55,014 bases of DNA from Verrucomicrobiota bacterium (GTDB taxonomy: Bacteria > Verrucomicrobiota > Verrucomicrobiia > Verrucomicrobiales > DEV007), in assembly GCA_045046875.1 (NCBI GenBank), contig JASFYY010000025.1, positions 1-55,014 of the forward strand, given 5' to 3'. Positions within the stretch are counted from its first letter, which is position 1. Each line of letters begins with the position of its first letter. The notes under the pieces were generated by a model. The model had not been told where the DNA came from. It saw only the letters and a list, made by a program, of their open reading frames with translations, and did not search any database. Of this stretch, positions 1 to 9,406 are shown one piece after another. A program made the translations under genes and the position numbers.

Positions 1-507
1 GAGCAATACGGGCAAATCGATGTGCTGGTCAACAACGCCGGATTTCACCGCGATCATTTATTGGCCAACATGCCCGATGAAGACTGGTCCGGAGTTTTAC
101 GCGCCAATCTCGATGCGGTTTTTCACGGCTGCCGGGCGGTGATCAAACCGATGATGGCCCAACGCTTTGGCCGCATCATCAACATCGCGTCCCTCAGCGC
201 GCTGCTCGCCCCCGCCGGTCAGACGAATTACGCCGCAGCCAAAGCCGGCGTGGTAGCACTCACTCAATCTCTCGCTAAAGAAGTCGCGCGCGCAGGCATC
301 ACTGTGAACGCGCTCTGCCCTGGCTACGTTGACAGCGGAGCTCTCGACGGCATCGATCCCGATAAAAAGAAGGCGCTCATTCGCCAAATCCCGATGCGCC
401 GCCTCGGCCGCCCCGAAGAAATCGCAACGGCTGTGGTATTTCTCGCTTCAACAAAAGCGGCTTACATCACCGGCAGCACCTTGAAAATCGACGGTGGTAT
501 TTTCTGA
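1..507 (+). CDS. fabG: 3-oxoacyl-ACP reductase (SDR family), 5'-truncated by window edge
   Basis: Frame open from base 1; NNAG, catalytic YAAAK, ITG..L.IDGG C-terminus. Confidence 0.9.
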   Translation, partial: EQYGQIDVLVNNAGFHRDHLLANMPDEDWSGVLRANLDAVFHGCRAVIKPMMAQRFGRIINIASLSALLAPAGQTNYAAAKAGVVALTQSLAKEVARAGITVNALCPGYVDSGALDGIDPDKKKALIRQIPMRRLGRPEEIATAVVFLASTKAAYITGSTLKIDGGIF

Positions 508-559
508 AGAAAATGCGTAGCCATTTGTGCAATTCATGGTTGAATTCAATTACCCAACC

Positions 560-832
560 ATGACAAACAGCGAATCCAATCCAGACGACCTCAAGCTACG
601 AATCAAACAAGTGATGATCGAAGAGCTCATGCTGCAGGACAGCGTCGAGGACATCAACGACGAAATGTCTCTTTTTGATCCTGAAGGACTCGGTTTGGAT
701 TCGGTCGACGCATTGCAACTGGTGGTTGGGCTAGAGAAAAATTTTGGTCTCAAAATCCCCGATGCCGAAGCCGCCAAAGAAATATTAAACAGTGTCAATA
801 CCATCACTGCCGCCATCCAGACAATGGATTGA
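560..832 (+). CDS. Acyl carrier protein (aryl-polyene/specialised-lipid type)
   Basis: Acidic 90-aa protein with GLGLDSVDAL phosphopantetheine site; ATG at 560 preferred over ORF start 527. Confidence 0.9.
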   Translation: MTNSESNPDDLKLRIKQVMIEELMLQDSVEDINDEMSLFDPEGLGLDSVDALQLVVGLEKNFGLKIPDAEAAKEILNSVNTITAAIQTMD

Positions 833-863
833 TTGCAGCTATGATCTAAAAGCACCTTCCACT

Positions 864-2120
864 ATGCATTACGACGTTGCCATTATCGGAGGCGGCCCAG
901 CCGGGTCGACGGCAGCGACGTATCTAGCAAAAGCGGGCAAGCGGGTTCTAATTTTAGAAAAAGAACATTTCCCCCGTTTTCACATCGGGGAATCCCTGTT
1001 GCCCTACAACATGCCCATTTTTGAGGAAATGGGAGTGCTGCCCGCATTGCAAGCGGCCGACTTCATGCCAAAAAAAGGCGGGCGTTTTTCCCTTGCCAGA
1101 GGTGAGCATGAAAATGCGATCACTTTTGCTGAAGGCACTTTCACCGAACAGCCAATTGCGATGCAGGTCGAACGTTCTATTTTTGATAAAATTTTACTCG
1201 ATCACGCCCGTGACTGCGGAGCTGAGGTTCGCGAGGGTTGGACCGTGAAAGGTTATGAAATTTCCACTGACAACAAAAGCGAAGGTGTCACCATCACCGC
1301 CAGCAGCGAACACCAGGAGACTTTCCACGCTTCGTTTTTGCTCGACGCATCCGGACTGGTTAACTTCACAGCTAATCGGGAAAAACTTCGCCAGTATTAT
1401 CCCCATCTACAAAAAATTGCCATCTACGGCCACTTCACCGGAGTTGATTTTTCCCAAAGAGAGCAACAGAAAACCGAAACCCACATCGCTTGTTTCGGCG
1501 ACTCCTGGTTCTGGATCATTCCCTTCAGTGAGAGAAAAGTCAGTATCGGTCTAGTGCTGGACCGCTCCGCTGTCAAAGAATCCGATCTGACCACCGAACA
1601 GATTTTTCAACAAGCGCTCAAATCAAGTCCCGGCATCAGTCAGATGATGGCAAACTCTGCGCGGGTGGGCGCACTGCATGTGACCAGTGATTATTCTTAC
1701 AGCAATGACAAGTTGGTTAGCCCACGTTTGATGCGCATCGGCGATGCCGTCGGCTTTCTGGATCCGGTGTTTTCCTCAGGAGTCTATCTGGCATGTGTCA
1801 GCGCCCGCGACGCATCTCAGGCCGTCATCGATGCCCTCGATTCCGGCCAAGTGATGACTTCGTCAATGAAGGCCTATGAAAAACAAACGCGCACTAACTT
1901 AAAACGTTACCGCGAAGTCATCGAACTATTTTACCAGCGCTCCTTCATTGAAATCCTGATGCAACCCGAAGGGGTGCTGAGCTGGCCTTGTGCCATCAAT
2001 GCGATATTGGCAGGCCGCCTCGACCTGCCTTGGGCCTTGCGTTGGCGGATCAAAACCTTTTTATGGTTCGCCCGCCTGCACCATCGTTTTGGGCTCGTAA
2101 AACGATTGGATTTCGGTTAG
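864..2120 (+). CDS. FAD-dependent halogenase-like oxidoreductase
   Basis: GGGPAG FAD motif, FPRFHIGESL, WFWIIP (WxWxIP), GDAVGFLDPVFSSG; start at MHYDVAII (864). Confidence 0.85.
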   Translation: MHYDVAIIGGGPAGSTAATYLAKAGKRVLILEKEHFPRFHIGESLLPYNMPIFEEMGVLPALQAADFMPKKGGRFSLARGEHENAITFAEGTFTEQPIAMQVERSIFDKILLDHARDCGAEVREGWTVKGYEISTDNKSEGVTITASSEHQETFHASFLLDASGLVNFTANREKLRQYYPHLQKIAIYGHFTGVDFSQREQQKTETHIACFGDSWFWIIPFSERKVSIGLVLDRSAVKESDLTTEQIFQQALKSSPGISQMMANSARVGALHVTSDYSYSNDKLVSPRLMRIGDAVGFLDPVFSSGVYLACVSARDASQAVIDALDSGQVMTSSMKAYEKQTRTNLKRYREVIELFYQRSFIEILMQPEGVLSWPCAINAILAGRLDLPWALRWRIKTFLWFARLHHRFGLVKRLDFG

Positions 2121-2132
2121 AATGCCCATCCC

Positions 2133-2777
2133 ATGATCTCGATCATCCCGACAACCAGCGTCCTCACCCGAAAGGCCTGCTTAGCAGTGGCTCTTTTATT
2201 TTTGTCCTGGTGCCCGGCTCACGCTGCTGACAACAATCCTGTAGATAACAATACCGTGGAATCCAAGGACGTGCTCGACTCCTGGTTCATCGATTTTGAC
2301 ACTGCTGGATTGTGGAAAATCACCAATGTCACCGACTTGAACTATGTGGTTCTGCCGCAAATCGTATCATGGCGCAGCCGTCAAATTTTTCACTGGGATC
2401 TGGCTGGTGGAGATCTGGTCGTGCGTAACCGGATCAGTTTGCTGGCCGAATATTTTGTCGAAGGAGCCGAGAGCTACTACCTGGGATTCTCCGGCAGCCC
2501 CGCACTGGAATGGTGGAATGCCGAACAGGACTTCTCGCTCTATTTTTATGTCGGCGGCGGAGCAGGTTTCGTCGATTCGACCAATATTGAGGGTGGTCAG
2601 GGGCAGGATTTTGCTTTCAACTGGTTTGTGCAAACCGGTGCCCGTTTCCGCCTGAGCGAAAATTTGCTGATCACGGGGGGGCTGTTATTCCAGCATATTT
2701 CCAACCAGGGCCAGTCCGATCGCAACCCCGGGCTCAACTCACTAGGGCCTACGCTCGGCCTGTCGTGGGAATTTTAA
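2133..2777 (+). CDS. PagL-like outer-membrane beta-barrel (acyloxyacyl hydrolase / lipid A deacylase family)
   Basis: Signal peptide, FQHISN...NPGLN motif, terminal Phe. Confidence 0.75.
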   Translation: MISIIPTTSVLTRKACLAVALLFLSWCPAHAADNNPVDNNTVESKDVLDSWFIDFDTAGLWKITNVTDLNYVVLPQIVSWRSRQIFHWDLAGGDLVVRNRISLLAEYFVEGAESYYLGFSGSPALEWWNAEQDFSLYFYVGGGAGFVDSTNIEGGQGQDFAFNWFVQTGARFRLSENLLITGGLLFQHISNQGQSDRNPGLNSLGPTLGLSWEF

Positions 2778-2786
2778 AGCAGCCTC

Positions 2787-3257
2787 TTAGAACGAGTCCA
2801 TCATGGCTTCGCGCGCCATCGCCACCTTTTCGTTGGTTTTGCGCAAGCGTTTGCTCAACTGGGTAGCAATACCGACTAATACCCGTGCTGCCGCATTGGG
2901 ATTCTCTTCCAAAAACTGCTCTAGCGAAGAACGGTCGATCTTCCACGCTTGTGACAAGCTATGCGCAGTGATATTCGCACTGGCTAGGCCGGGATCAAAA
3001 ATATTCACTTCGCCCATCATGTTGCCGGCTTTGAGCTGCCCTAACAATACTTCACGGCCAGTGGCCTGGGTAGAAACATGAAAATTTCCCGATATCACCA
3101 AGAACAAAGAATCCTGTGGCTGACCTTCTTCGATCAGATGTTCGCCCTCATTCACGGTCACAAATTGACCAAACGCACCTAAGGCGGTGCGCGCGGCTTC
3201 ATCTAAATCTGCAGCAAATCCAAGTGTTGGAAGTTGGGGTGTGGCGTTGTCACTCAT
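2787..3257 (-). CDS. Stand-alone cyclic-nucleotide-binding domain protein
   Basis: LIEEGQPQDSLFLVISG...GE...ASA cNMP fold; no HTH. Confidence 0.85.
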   Translation of the reverse strand: MSDNATPQLPTLGFAADLDEAARTALGAFGQFVTVNEGEHLIEEGQPQDSLFLVISGNFHVSTQATGREVLLGQLKAGNMMGEVNIFDPGLASANITAHSLSQAWKIDRSSLEQFLEENPNAAARVLVGIATQLSKRLRKTNEKVAMAREAMMDSF

Positions 3258-3370
3258 AGTTTGATAATCCAATATTACGGGTCGCTAAGTCTCTCGTTGG
3301 CATAGCTCTAAGGACAATTACCACAGCTCAGCTGGCTTTTGAAGCCTTAAATGCAGGAATCTCACGCGGT

Positions 3371-3655
3371 GGATGCAGGAAGAAAAATTAGCCATTGCTT
3401 ATTGAAAACTAGCTTATCGCACATCAACATCATTTCGCCCTTTTAGGGCTGGCAATAAAATCGATCTAACCCCAGCGCTTCGCACCGGGCTATCACATTT
3501 TGTCCTTACAGGACAGTTTGCTTTCATCTCTTTGCACCAACGGTGCTTAATGAGACAACCCAGGGCGAAGCGCTGGGTAAAAAATCCAATTCTTCCAGCC
3601 CTGCAAGGGGCGAAACACATAGCGGTAGTAGCTTAACTATTCCGTCTTACACCCT
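3371..3655. repeat. ~285-bp nested palindromic element, copy 1 (REPIN/MITE-like)
   Basis: Similar to 31576-31866 and 39568-39881; outer IR TTTCGCCC..AGGGCTGG / CCAGCCCT..GGGCGAAA with inner hairpins. Confidence 0.9.
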
Positions 3656-4977
3656 CACGCGGCGTCTTTAGCCGGCTTGCGTTTCATTTTCACCTCGGTG
3701 GAGCCTTCTACCATCGCCTTGGTGATCACCACCTTGCTCTCACCTTTACGGCTGGGACATTCGAACATCACGTCGAGCATCAGTTTTTCAAAAATAGAAC
3801 GCAAAGCACGCGCGCCAGTTCCACGTTTGATCGCTTCTTTGGCCATCGCCTCCAAACCATCCTTGCGGATCTCCAGATCAACCCCGTCCATCGACAACAG
3901 CTTGCGGAACTGTTTCACCATCGCGTTCTTGGGCTGAGTCAAAACCTCCACCAGTTGTTCCTCGGTCAATTCATCCAAAGCGGATATGATCGGCAGACGA
4001 CCGACAAACTCAGGAATCAAACCAAATCCAAGCAGATCCTCCGGAGTGACTCCGGCCACCGGATTGATAGCTTTTTCATCTTCGGCGTTGCTCTTTGCTT
4101 CACTCGCTTGCTCTTCTTTAACCGTAGCCCCAAAACCAAGCACGTTTTTCCCGGCTCGGCGGGCAATGATGTCCTCAAGCCCAACAAAAGCTCCTCCACA
4201 AATGAACAGAATCTTTTCAGTGTTCACTTGGATATACTCTTGCTGCGGATGTTTGCGCCCACCCTGCGGCGGAACATTGCAAACCGAGCCTTCCAAAATT
4301 TTCAGCAAACCCTGCTGCACCCCTTCACCCGATACATCACGTGTGATACTGACATTTTCTGTTTTGCGGCCGATTTTATCGATCTCATCGATATAAATGA
4401 TGCCGTTTTCCGCACGCTCCACATCGTAATCAGCCTGCTGCAGCAACCTGAGGATAATGTTCTCCACATCGTCACCGACGTAACCCGCTTCAGTCAAGGT
4501 AGTGGCATCGGCGATGCAAAAAGGCACATCCAGAACCCGGGCCAGCGTTTTAGCCAAAAGAGTTTTACCCGACCCGGTCGAACCGATCAGCATGATATTG
4601 CTTTTTTCGATCTCAACATCGGCAAATTCCGCCAAAAACCGATTGGCGGCGTTTTTTTTGCTCATGCCCGGCAAATTGCTCTGCGCGACCGTGCGTTTGT
4701 AGTGATTGTGCACCGCCACCGCCAAAACTTTTTTAGCATGATCCTGACCGATGACAAATTTATTGAGCTCAGCAAACAACTCCTTGGGTTTGGGCACATG
4801 AAAACCCTTAGTGGTTTTCTTTTCTTCATCTTCGCCCAATTCCTTGTCCAAAATCCCCCGGCACACATTGATGCAGCCATCACAAATATACACCCCCGGG
4901 CCGGCAATGAGCTTTTTCACCTCTGCATGGCTTTTGCCGCAGAAGGAACACATCGTTAAATTGGAAGGACGAGCCAT
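3655..4977 (-). CDS. clpX: ATP-dependent Clp protease ATPase subunit ClpX
   Basis: CSFC...CDGC zinc finger, [27 protein letters not shown] loop. Confidence 0.97.
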   Translation of the reverse strand: MARPSNLTMCSFCGKSHAEVKKLIAGPGVYICDGCINVCRGILDKELGEDEEKKTTKGFHVPKPKELFAELNKFVIGQDHAKKVLAVAVHNHYKRTVAQSNLPGMSKKNAANRFLAEFADVEIEKSNIMLIGSTGSGKTLLAKTLARVLDVPFCIADATTLTEAGYVGDDVENIILRLLQQADYDVERAENGIIYIDEIDKIGRKTENVSITRDVSGEGVQQGLLKILEGSVCNVPPQGGRKHPQQEYIQVNTEKILFICGGAFVGLEDIIARRAGKNVLGFGATVKEEQASEAKSNAEDEKAINPVAGVTPEDLLGFGLIPEFVGRLPIISALDELTEEQLVEVLTQPKNAMVKQFRKLLSMDGVDLEIRKDGLEAMAKEAIKRGTGARALRSIFEKLMLDVMFECPSRKGESKVVITKAMVEGSTEVKMKRKPAKDAA

Positions 4978-5124
4978 GATTAAAAAATTCTAAATTTGTC
5001 AGTGTGAGACTATAACCGAATGACAGCCCTCCACCGTTGCACTGAACATAGCCTTTTTTAACACAAAATCCAGCGGATTCCCCCGATAATACCGACGGGA
5101 CATGCTCCCCTCTTGCCTACCCGT

Positions 5125-6588
5125 TCAAGTCCCGCAAAAAGTAGCCTGCACCACTTCATCCGGCTGCGGCGGATTCTCATATTCGGCCAATTCACATTGT
5201 TCGCTGAAAGGGTTTTGCAGAATCTTAAGCAAACGATGAAACGGCTCAAAATCCTGTTTGATGCCCGCCTGAATGACTTCTTCAATGCGATGATTACGGG
5301 GAATGAAAATCGGATTGGACTTCCGCATCAAAACAAGGGCAGTGTCCGTGCCCTCTTCATTTTTTGCCAAACGAGCACGCCATCTTCCCAGCCAGTCCCC
5401 GATAGCGGCTGAATCCTTAAAGAGCCCGGTGAACCGAGCCTCATCGCCAGAGGCCACCTGAGACAAATATCTGAAAGCAAGGGTGAAATCCACCCGCCCG
5501 AATTTCATCAGCTCCAAAAGCGACTGCACCAACAACCAGTCGGCCTCTGCCGCGTCCTTGATACCCACTTTGGCACAAAAACCTGCTACCAGAGCACTTT
5601 GAAATATATCGGAATAACGACCCAATGCGCTTTTGGCTGCCTCAATCGCATCCTCTTCTTTATCACCCAGCAAAGGCAACAGTGTTTCAGCCAGACGGGT
5701 CAGGTTCCAGTGCGCGATCGCTGGCTGGTTCTCATAAGCGTAACGCCCTTGTTGATCGATATAACTGAATTTTTTGGCCGGATCATAATCATCCAAAAAA
5801 GCACAGGGACCATAATCAATCGTCTCACCGGAAATACTCATGTTATCCGTATTCATCACCCCATGGATGAACCCGACTTGCATCCACTTGGCAATCAGTT
5901 GCGCCTGATTCCGAATCACACCTTCGAGCAGACCTAGGTAGGGGTTCTGTGTTTCACGCGCTTCGGGGTAATGGCGATCTATCGCGTAATCCGCGAGCAA
6001 GCGAATATTTTCATGCTCCTGCTTCGCGGCAAAATATTGAAAAGTCCCGACACGCATATGAGAGCTCGCCACCCGGGTGAAAACCCCACCAGGTTCATAA
6101 GCCTCGCGCCTCACCTGATCCCCGCTCCACACTGCCGCCAATGCAAGGGTGCTAGGAACCCCCAGCGCCGTCATCGCTTCGGACAACAGATATTCGCGCA
6201 ACACCGGCCCCAAAGCCGAACGACCATCCCCGCGGCGGGAGTAAGCCGTCGGACCCGCACCTTTTAATTGTATATCATAGCGGCGGCCATTTTTATCGAG
6301 CACTTCACCCAGAAGAATAGCCCGACCATCCCCCAGTTGTGGCGAAAACCCGCCAAACTGATGACCCGCATAAGCCATTGCGAGCGGCTCGGCACCGGGA
6401 GGATTCTGATTCCCAGACAAATAAGCCAAACCCGTTGATGAATCAAGCAGTGCCAGATCGAGTCTCAAATCCTTCGCCAGTTCTCGATTGAGCATGATCC
6501 ATTGCGGAGCACTGACTGGCGTGGCGTCTGTTTTAGAGAAAAAATCCCCAGGCAGACGGACGTAAGAGTTATCAAAAGGAAAAGGCAT
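5125..6588 (-). CDS. selO: Protein adenylyltransferase SelO (YdiU family)
   Basis: YAGHQFG, QLGDGRA, QLKGAG, HGVMNTDN, DYGP, terminal TFCGT. Confidence 0.95.
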   Translation of the reverse strand: MPFPFDNSYVRLPGDFFSKTDATPVSAPQWIMLNRELAKDLRLDLALLDSSTGLAYLSGNQNPPGAEPLAMAYAGHQFGGFSPQLGDGRAILLGEVLDKNGRRYDIQLKGAGPTAYSRRGDGRSALGPVLREYLLSEAMTALGVPSTLALAAVWSGDQVRREAYEPGGVFTRVASSHMRVGTFQYFAAKQEHENIRLLADYAIDRHYPEARETQNPYLGLLEGVIRNQAQLIAKWMQVGFIHGVMNTDNMSISGETIDYGPCAFLDDYDPAKKFSYIDQQGRYAYENQPAIAHWNLTRLAETLLPLLGDKEEDAIEAAKSALGRYSDIFQSALVAGFCAKVGIKDAAEADWLLVQSLLELMKFGRVDFTLAFRYLSQVASGDEARFTGLFKDSAAIGDWLGRWRARLAKNEEGTDTALVLMRKSNPIFIPRNHRIEEVIQAGIKQDFEPFHRLLKILQNPFSEQCELAEYENPPQPDEVVQATFCGT

Positions 6589-6710
6589 TATGTTGTATCC
6601 AAACTCACACTATTGAGCGTTGCGTAAGCTCTTACCGCTGATCCGAAAAAAAGGCGAATTTTTCTAATAAAAGTCACCCCACGCGATATCTTTTAAAAAT
6701 TGAAGAATCA

Positions 6711-6792
6711 AACCACTGATTTCACTGATAGGAAGAAGTAATTAGTCCTAATATAATACACATCAGTGTTTATCAGTGCCGATCAGTGGTTA
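6711..6792. repeat. Inverted pair of ATCAGTG short tandem repeats
   Basis: AACCACTGATTTCACTGAT ... ATCAGTGTTTATCAGTGCCGATCAGTGGTT. Confidence 0.8.
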
Positions 6793-6832
6793 AAATATTT
6801 TATCGTATCATGTAACTTAAACTAAAAACCCT

Positions 6833-8104
6833 CTATTTGCCCGACTTGACTAGATCCAGAAAAATGATGATCGAAGGATTTCCAACCGGGGTGTATTGAC
6901 CGGTAAACTTGAGAGATCCGGTTTTTTTATCAACCCTGAACGCAGCAACATGGTCAGCGCGCTGATTGCACGAATAGAGGAAATTTCCGTTCGGATCAAA
7001 ATTAAAACTGCGCGGATAATCACCCCGCGTCCACACTTCTTCGATGAAAGTCAGCGTGCCGTCCTCGCCTACCGCAAAAGATGCGATACCGTCATGCAAG
7101 CGGTTGGCGGCATAGACAAACTTGCCGTCGGCAGAAACCATGATCTCCGAAGTGAAGTTACTGCCAGCAAAACCCGGTGGCAAACTGGACAAAGTTTGCC
7201 GCGCCACCAGGCTTCCTTTTTCAGCATCAAAATCAAACAATACAATGTTCGAACCTTCTTCCTGCAAAGAATAAAACCAGCGCCGATTCGGGTGAAAGGA
7301 AAAATGCCTAGGCCCGTCACCCGACGGCAAGGCCACCGAAGCCGGATCATTGGCGGAAAGTTTGCCCGTTTTTTCATCAAGCTTCCAGATCAGAATCTGA
7401 TCCAATCCCAGGTTGGTGGATATCACAAAACGACCGGAAGGATCCGTTTCGATCATGTGCGCATGAGGGATATCATGTCCGCTGAAAGCAAAACTGCCTT
7501 CGGGGGCATTGGTCGCGCGAGTAGGGCCCACCTTGCCAACACCTTTTTTGACATCACTGGCCTCACCAAGACGGCCATCAGGCAGAATCGGCAGAACCGC
7601 CACCGAACCGCCAAAATAATTCGCCACCAACAGATAACGCCCTGATGGATGCACGTTCAGATAAGTCGGCCCCGCCCCGCCGGAACTGACCGTATTAAGT
7701 ATGGTCAACTGACCATCGGCAGGATTGATGGCAAACGAGCTGATGGTACCCGCATCGCCGCCTTCCACCTTGTCCGTTTCATTAGTCGAATACAAATGAG
7801 TGCCGGCGGTATTCAACGCCAGACAACTCGGACTTGTGCCCAGCTCATACACTCCACGCGCAGTCAAATCGCCACTGCTGCGATCCACTTCAAAAATATG
7901 AATGCCACGCCCATTGCCCGGCGGCAAATCCACCTGACTAGGCAGCACATCCTGCAACGGTGAACTGAAAGTTCCCACATAGGCCATCAAAGGGCCTTTG
8001 CCGTCCTCCGCAGGTGCGGACATCAGTGGTGCCAACACCGCGCCGCCAGCCAAAGCCGTAGCAGATCTTAATAGTGAACGACGTGAAATAGCTGATTCAA
8101 TCAT
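6833..8104 (-). CDS. Lactonase family beta-propeller (6-phosphogluconolactonase-like), Tat-exported
   Basis: SRRSLL Tat signal; HAH, GPRHF, SEI, PRSF motifs. Confidence 0.88.
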   Translation of the reverse strand: MIESAISRRSLLRSATALAGGAVLAPLMSAPAEDGKGPLMAYVGTFSSPLQDVLPSQVDLPPGNGRGIHIFEVDRSSGDLTARGVYELGTSPSCLALNTAGTHLYSTNETDKVEGGDAGTISSFAINPADGQLTILNTVSSGGAGPTYLNVHPSGRYLLVANYFGGSVAVLPILPDGRLGEASDVKKGVGKVGPTRATNAPEGSFAFSGHDIPHAHMIETDPSGRFVISTNLGLDQILIWKLDEKTGKLSANDPASVALPSGDGPRHFSFHPNRRWFYSLQEEGSNIVLFDFDAEKGSLVARQTLSSLPPGFAGSNFTSEIMVSADGKFVYAANRLHDGIASFAVGEDGTLTFIEEVWTRGDYPRSFNFDPNGNFLYSCNQRADHVAAFRVDKKTGSLKFTGQYTPVGNPSIIIFLDLVKSGK

Positions 8105-8184
8105 GGCAGCAGGATGCAGCACAAATAGAAAGCCGCCAAGGGTTTTGTGTAGTGATTTTCAAATCCTGAACTAAAATCCCCAGC

Positions 8185-8766
8185 ATGATAACGGCGTTTA
8201 AAGAATGGAAAAGTGTCTGTGATGCACTCGAACGGGGAGATCAAACGATCATCCTGCGCAAAGGAGGCATTGCCGAAGGCAAACAAGGTTTCCTTTGGCA
8301 ACATCGCGAGTTTTTCTTATTCCCAACGGCCTACCACAATCACCGGGATCAGTTGAAAGTCGATCACCCTGTCGATCAGGCTGCTTTTGCCAAACGTGAT
8401 GACGGCCAGATCGAAATCCGCTTGTGCGCCCGGATTATCTGGAGTGCGGATATAGACAAACTGGACAGCGCAAAAGCCTTCTCCCCCTTCCACATCTGGA
8501 ATGACGAGGTCATTGAACAGCGTTTTGACTACACCGAAAACAAAGGCATCCGACTAGCCTTGCTCAAGGTCTTCCGCTTGAAAGAACCTCTCATACTGCA
8601 AGATCAAGCCTCTTTTGGTGGCTGCCGTTCATGGCTCGAACTGCCTGCCAGCGAAAACCTGAAAATGAACGCTGTGCTCAGCGACAGTGATTTCCAGGAC
8701 CAGCAAAATCAACTCGAAAATTTATTAAACAAAACCGGCATCGAGATCACAAAATTTGATCAGTAA
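8185..8766 (+). CDS. DUF1802 family protein
   Basis: AFKEW, ILRKGGIAE, FFLFPT, GGCRSW motifs. Confidence 0.85.
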   Translation: MITAFKEWKSVCDALERGDQTIILRKGGIAEGKQGFLWQHREFFLFPTAYHNHRDQLKVDHPVDQAAFAKRDDGQIEIRLCARIIWSADIDKLDSAKAFSPFHIWNDEVIEQRFDYTENKGIRLALLKVFRLKEPLILQDQASFGGCRSWLELPASENLKMNAVLSDSDFQDQQNQLENLLNKTGIEITKFDQ

Positions 8767-9406
8767 ACCCCGGATCAAGTTCAGTCTGCTCAAAAAGGAT
8801 CTCGGCCAGAATCGATACATCCAGGGTTTCTTCGATGATAACCCTGTTTGAAATGGAGGCCGCATCGCGTTCTGGCTGGCATTGGTTCAAAATCAAACCG
8901 GCACATTCTAATCCCCGTGCGCGAATCGCGTTCACTGTCAGAATCGTATGGTTCAAAGCGCCGAGGCGATTATCAACCACCACGATCACAGGGTCACCCA
9001 ACAGCAACGCCAAATCCGAGACCTTTTGATCAGCGATCAGAGGCACTTCCCAACCGCCCACACCCTCGCTCACCACACAATCAAAATCGCGCTGTAGTTT
9101 TTCATAAGCCAGCATCAAACCATCCAGCTCAAAACTCCGGTTCTCGATTTTTGCTGCCGCCAGCGGAGCCGCTGGAACTTTAAAATGCAAGGGATTGATC
9201 TCGTCCAAAGTGAGGGCGCTACCATCCTGTTTGTGGCTGCTGACCTCCAGCAAACGCTGTGCATCGTCGCGATCACCGCAGGCAATCGCTTTGTAACCCG
9301 CCACTGATAAACCGGCCTGTCTCAAGGCTGATACCAACAGGCACGAAAAATGGGTCTTGCCAACTTCCGTCGAAGTCCCGGTGATGAAAAAAGAGTCCGC
9401 CTTCAT
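8747..9406 (-). CDS. bioD: Dethiobiotin synthase
   Basis: ITGTSTEVGKT, EGVGG, LGALNHT. Confidence 0.93.
   Translation of the reverse strand: MKADSFFITGTSTEVGKTHFSCLLVSALRQAGLSVAGYKAIACGDRDDAQRLLEVSSHKQDGSALTLDEINPLHFKVPAAPLAAAKIENRSFELDGLMLAYEKLQRDFDCVVSEGVGGWEVPLIADQKVSDLALLLGDPVIVVVDNRLGALNHTILTVNAIRARGLECAGLILNQCQPERDAASISNRVIIEETLDVSILAEILFEQTELDPGFTDQIL

Noticed and set aside
3414..3620. 68-aa ORF, with a similar 73-aa ORF at 31620-31841
   Set aside because: Lies wholly within the palindromic repeat; similarity is explained by the DNA repeat and copy 3 does not keep the ORF
3955..4959. 334-aa + strand ORF
   Set aside because: Antisense shadow of clpX
5125..5140. Selenocysteine recoding at the SelO C-terminus
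   Set aside because: The protein ends in Cys-containing TFCGT, typical of bacterial SelO; the TGA follows Thr and no SECIS was recognised
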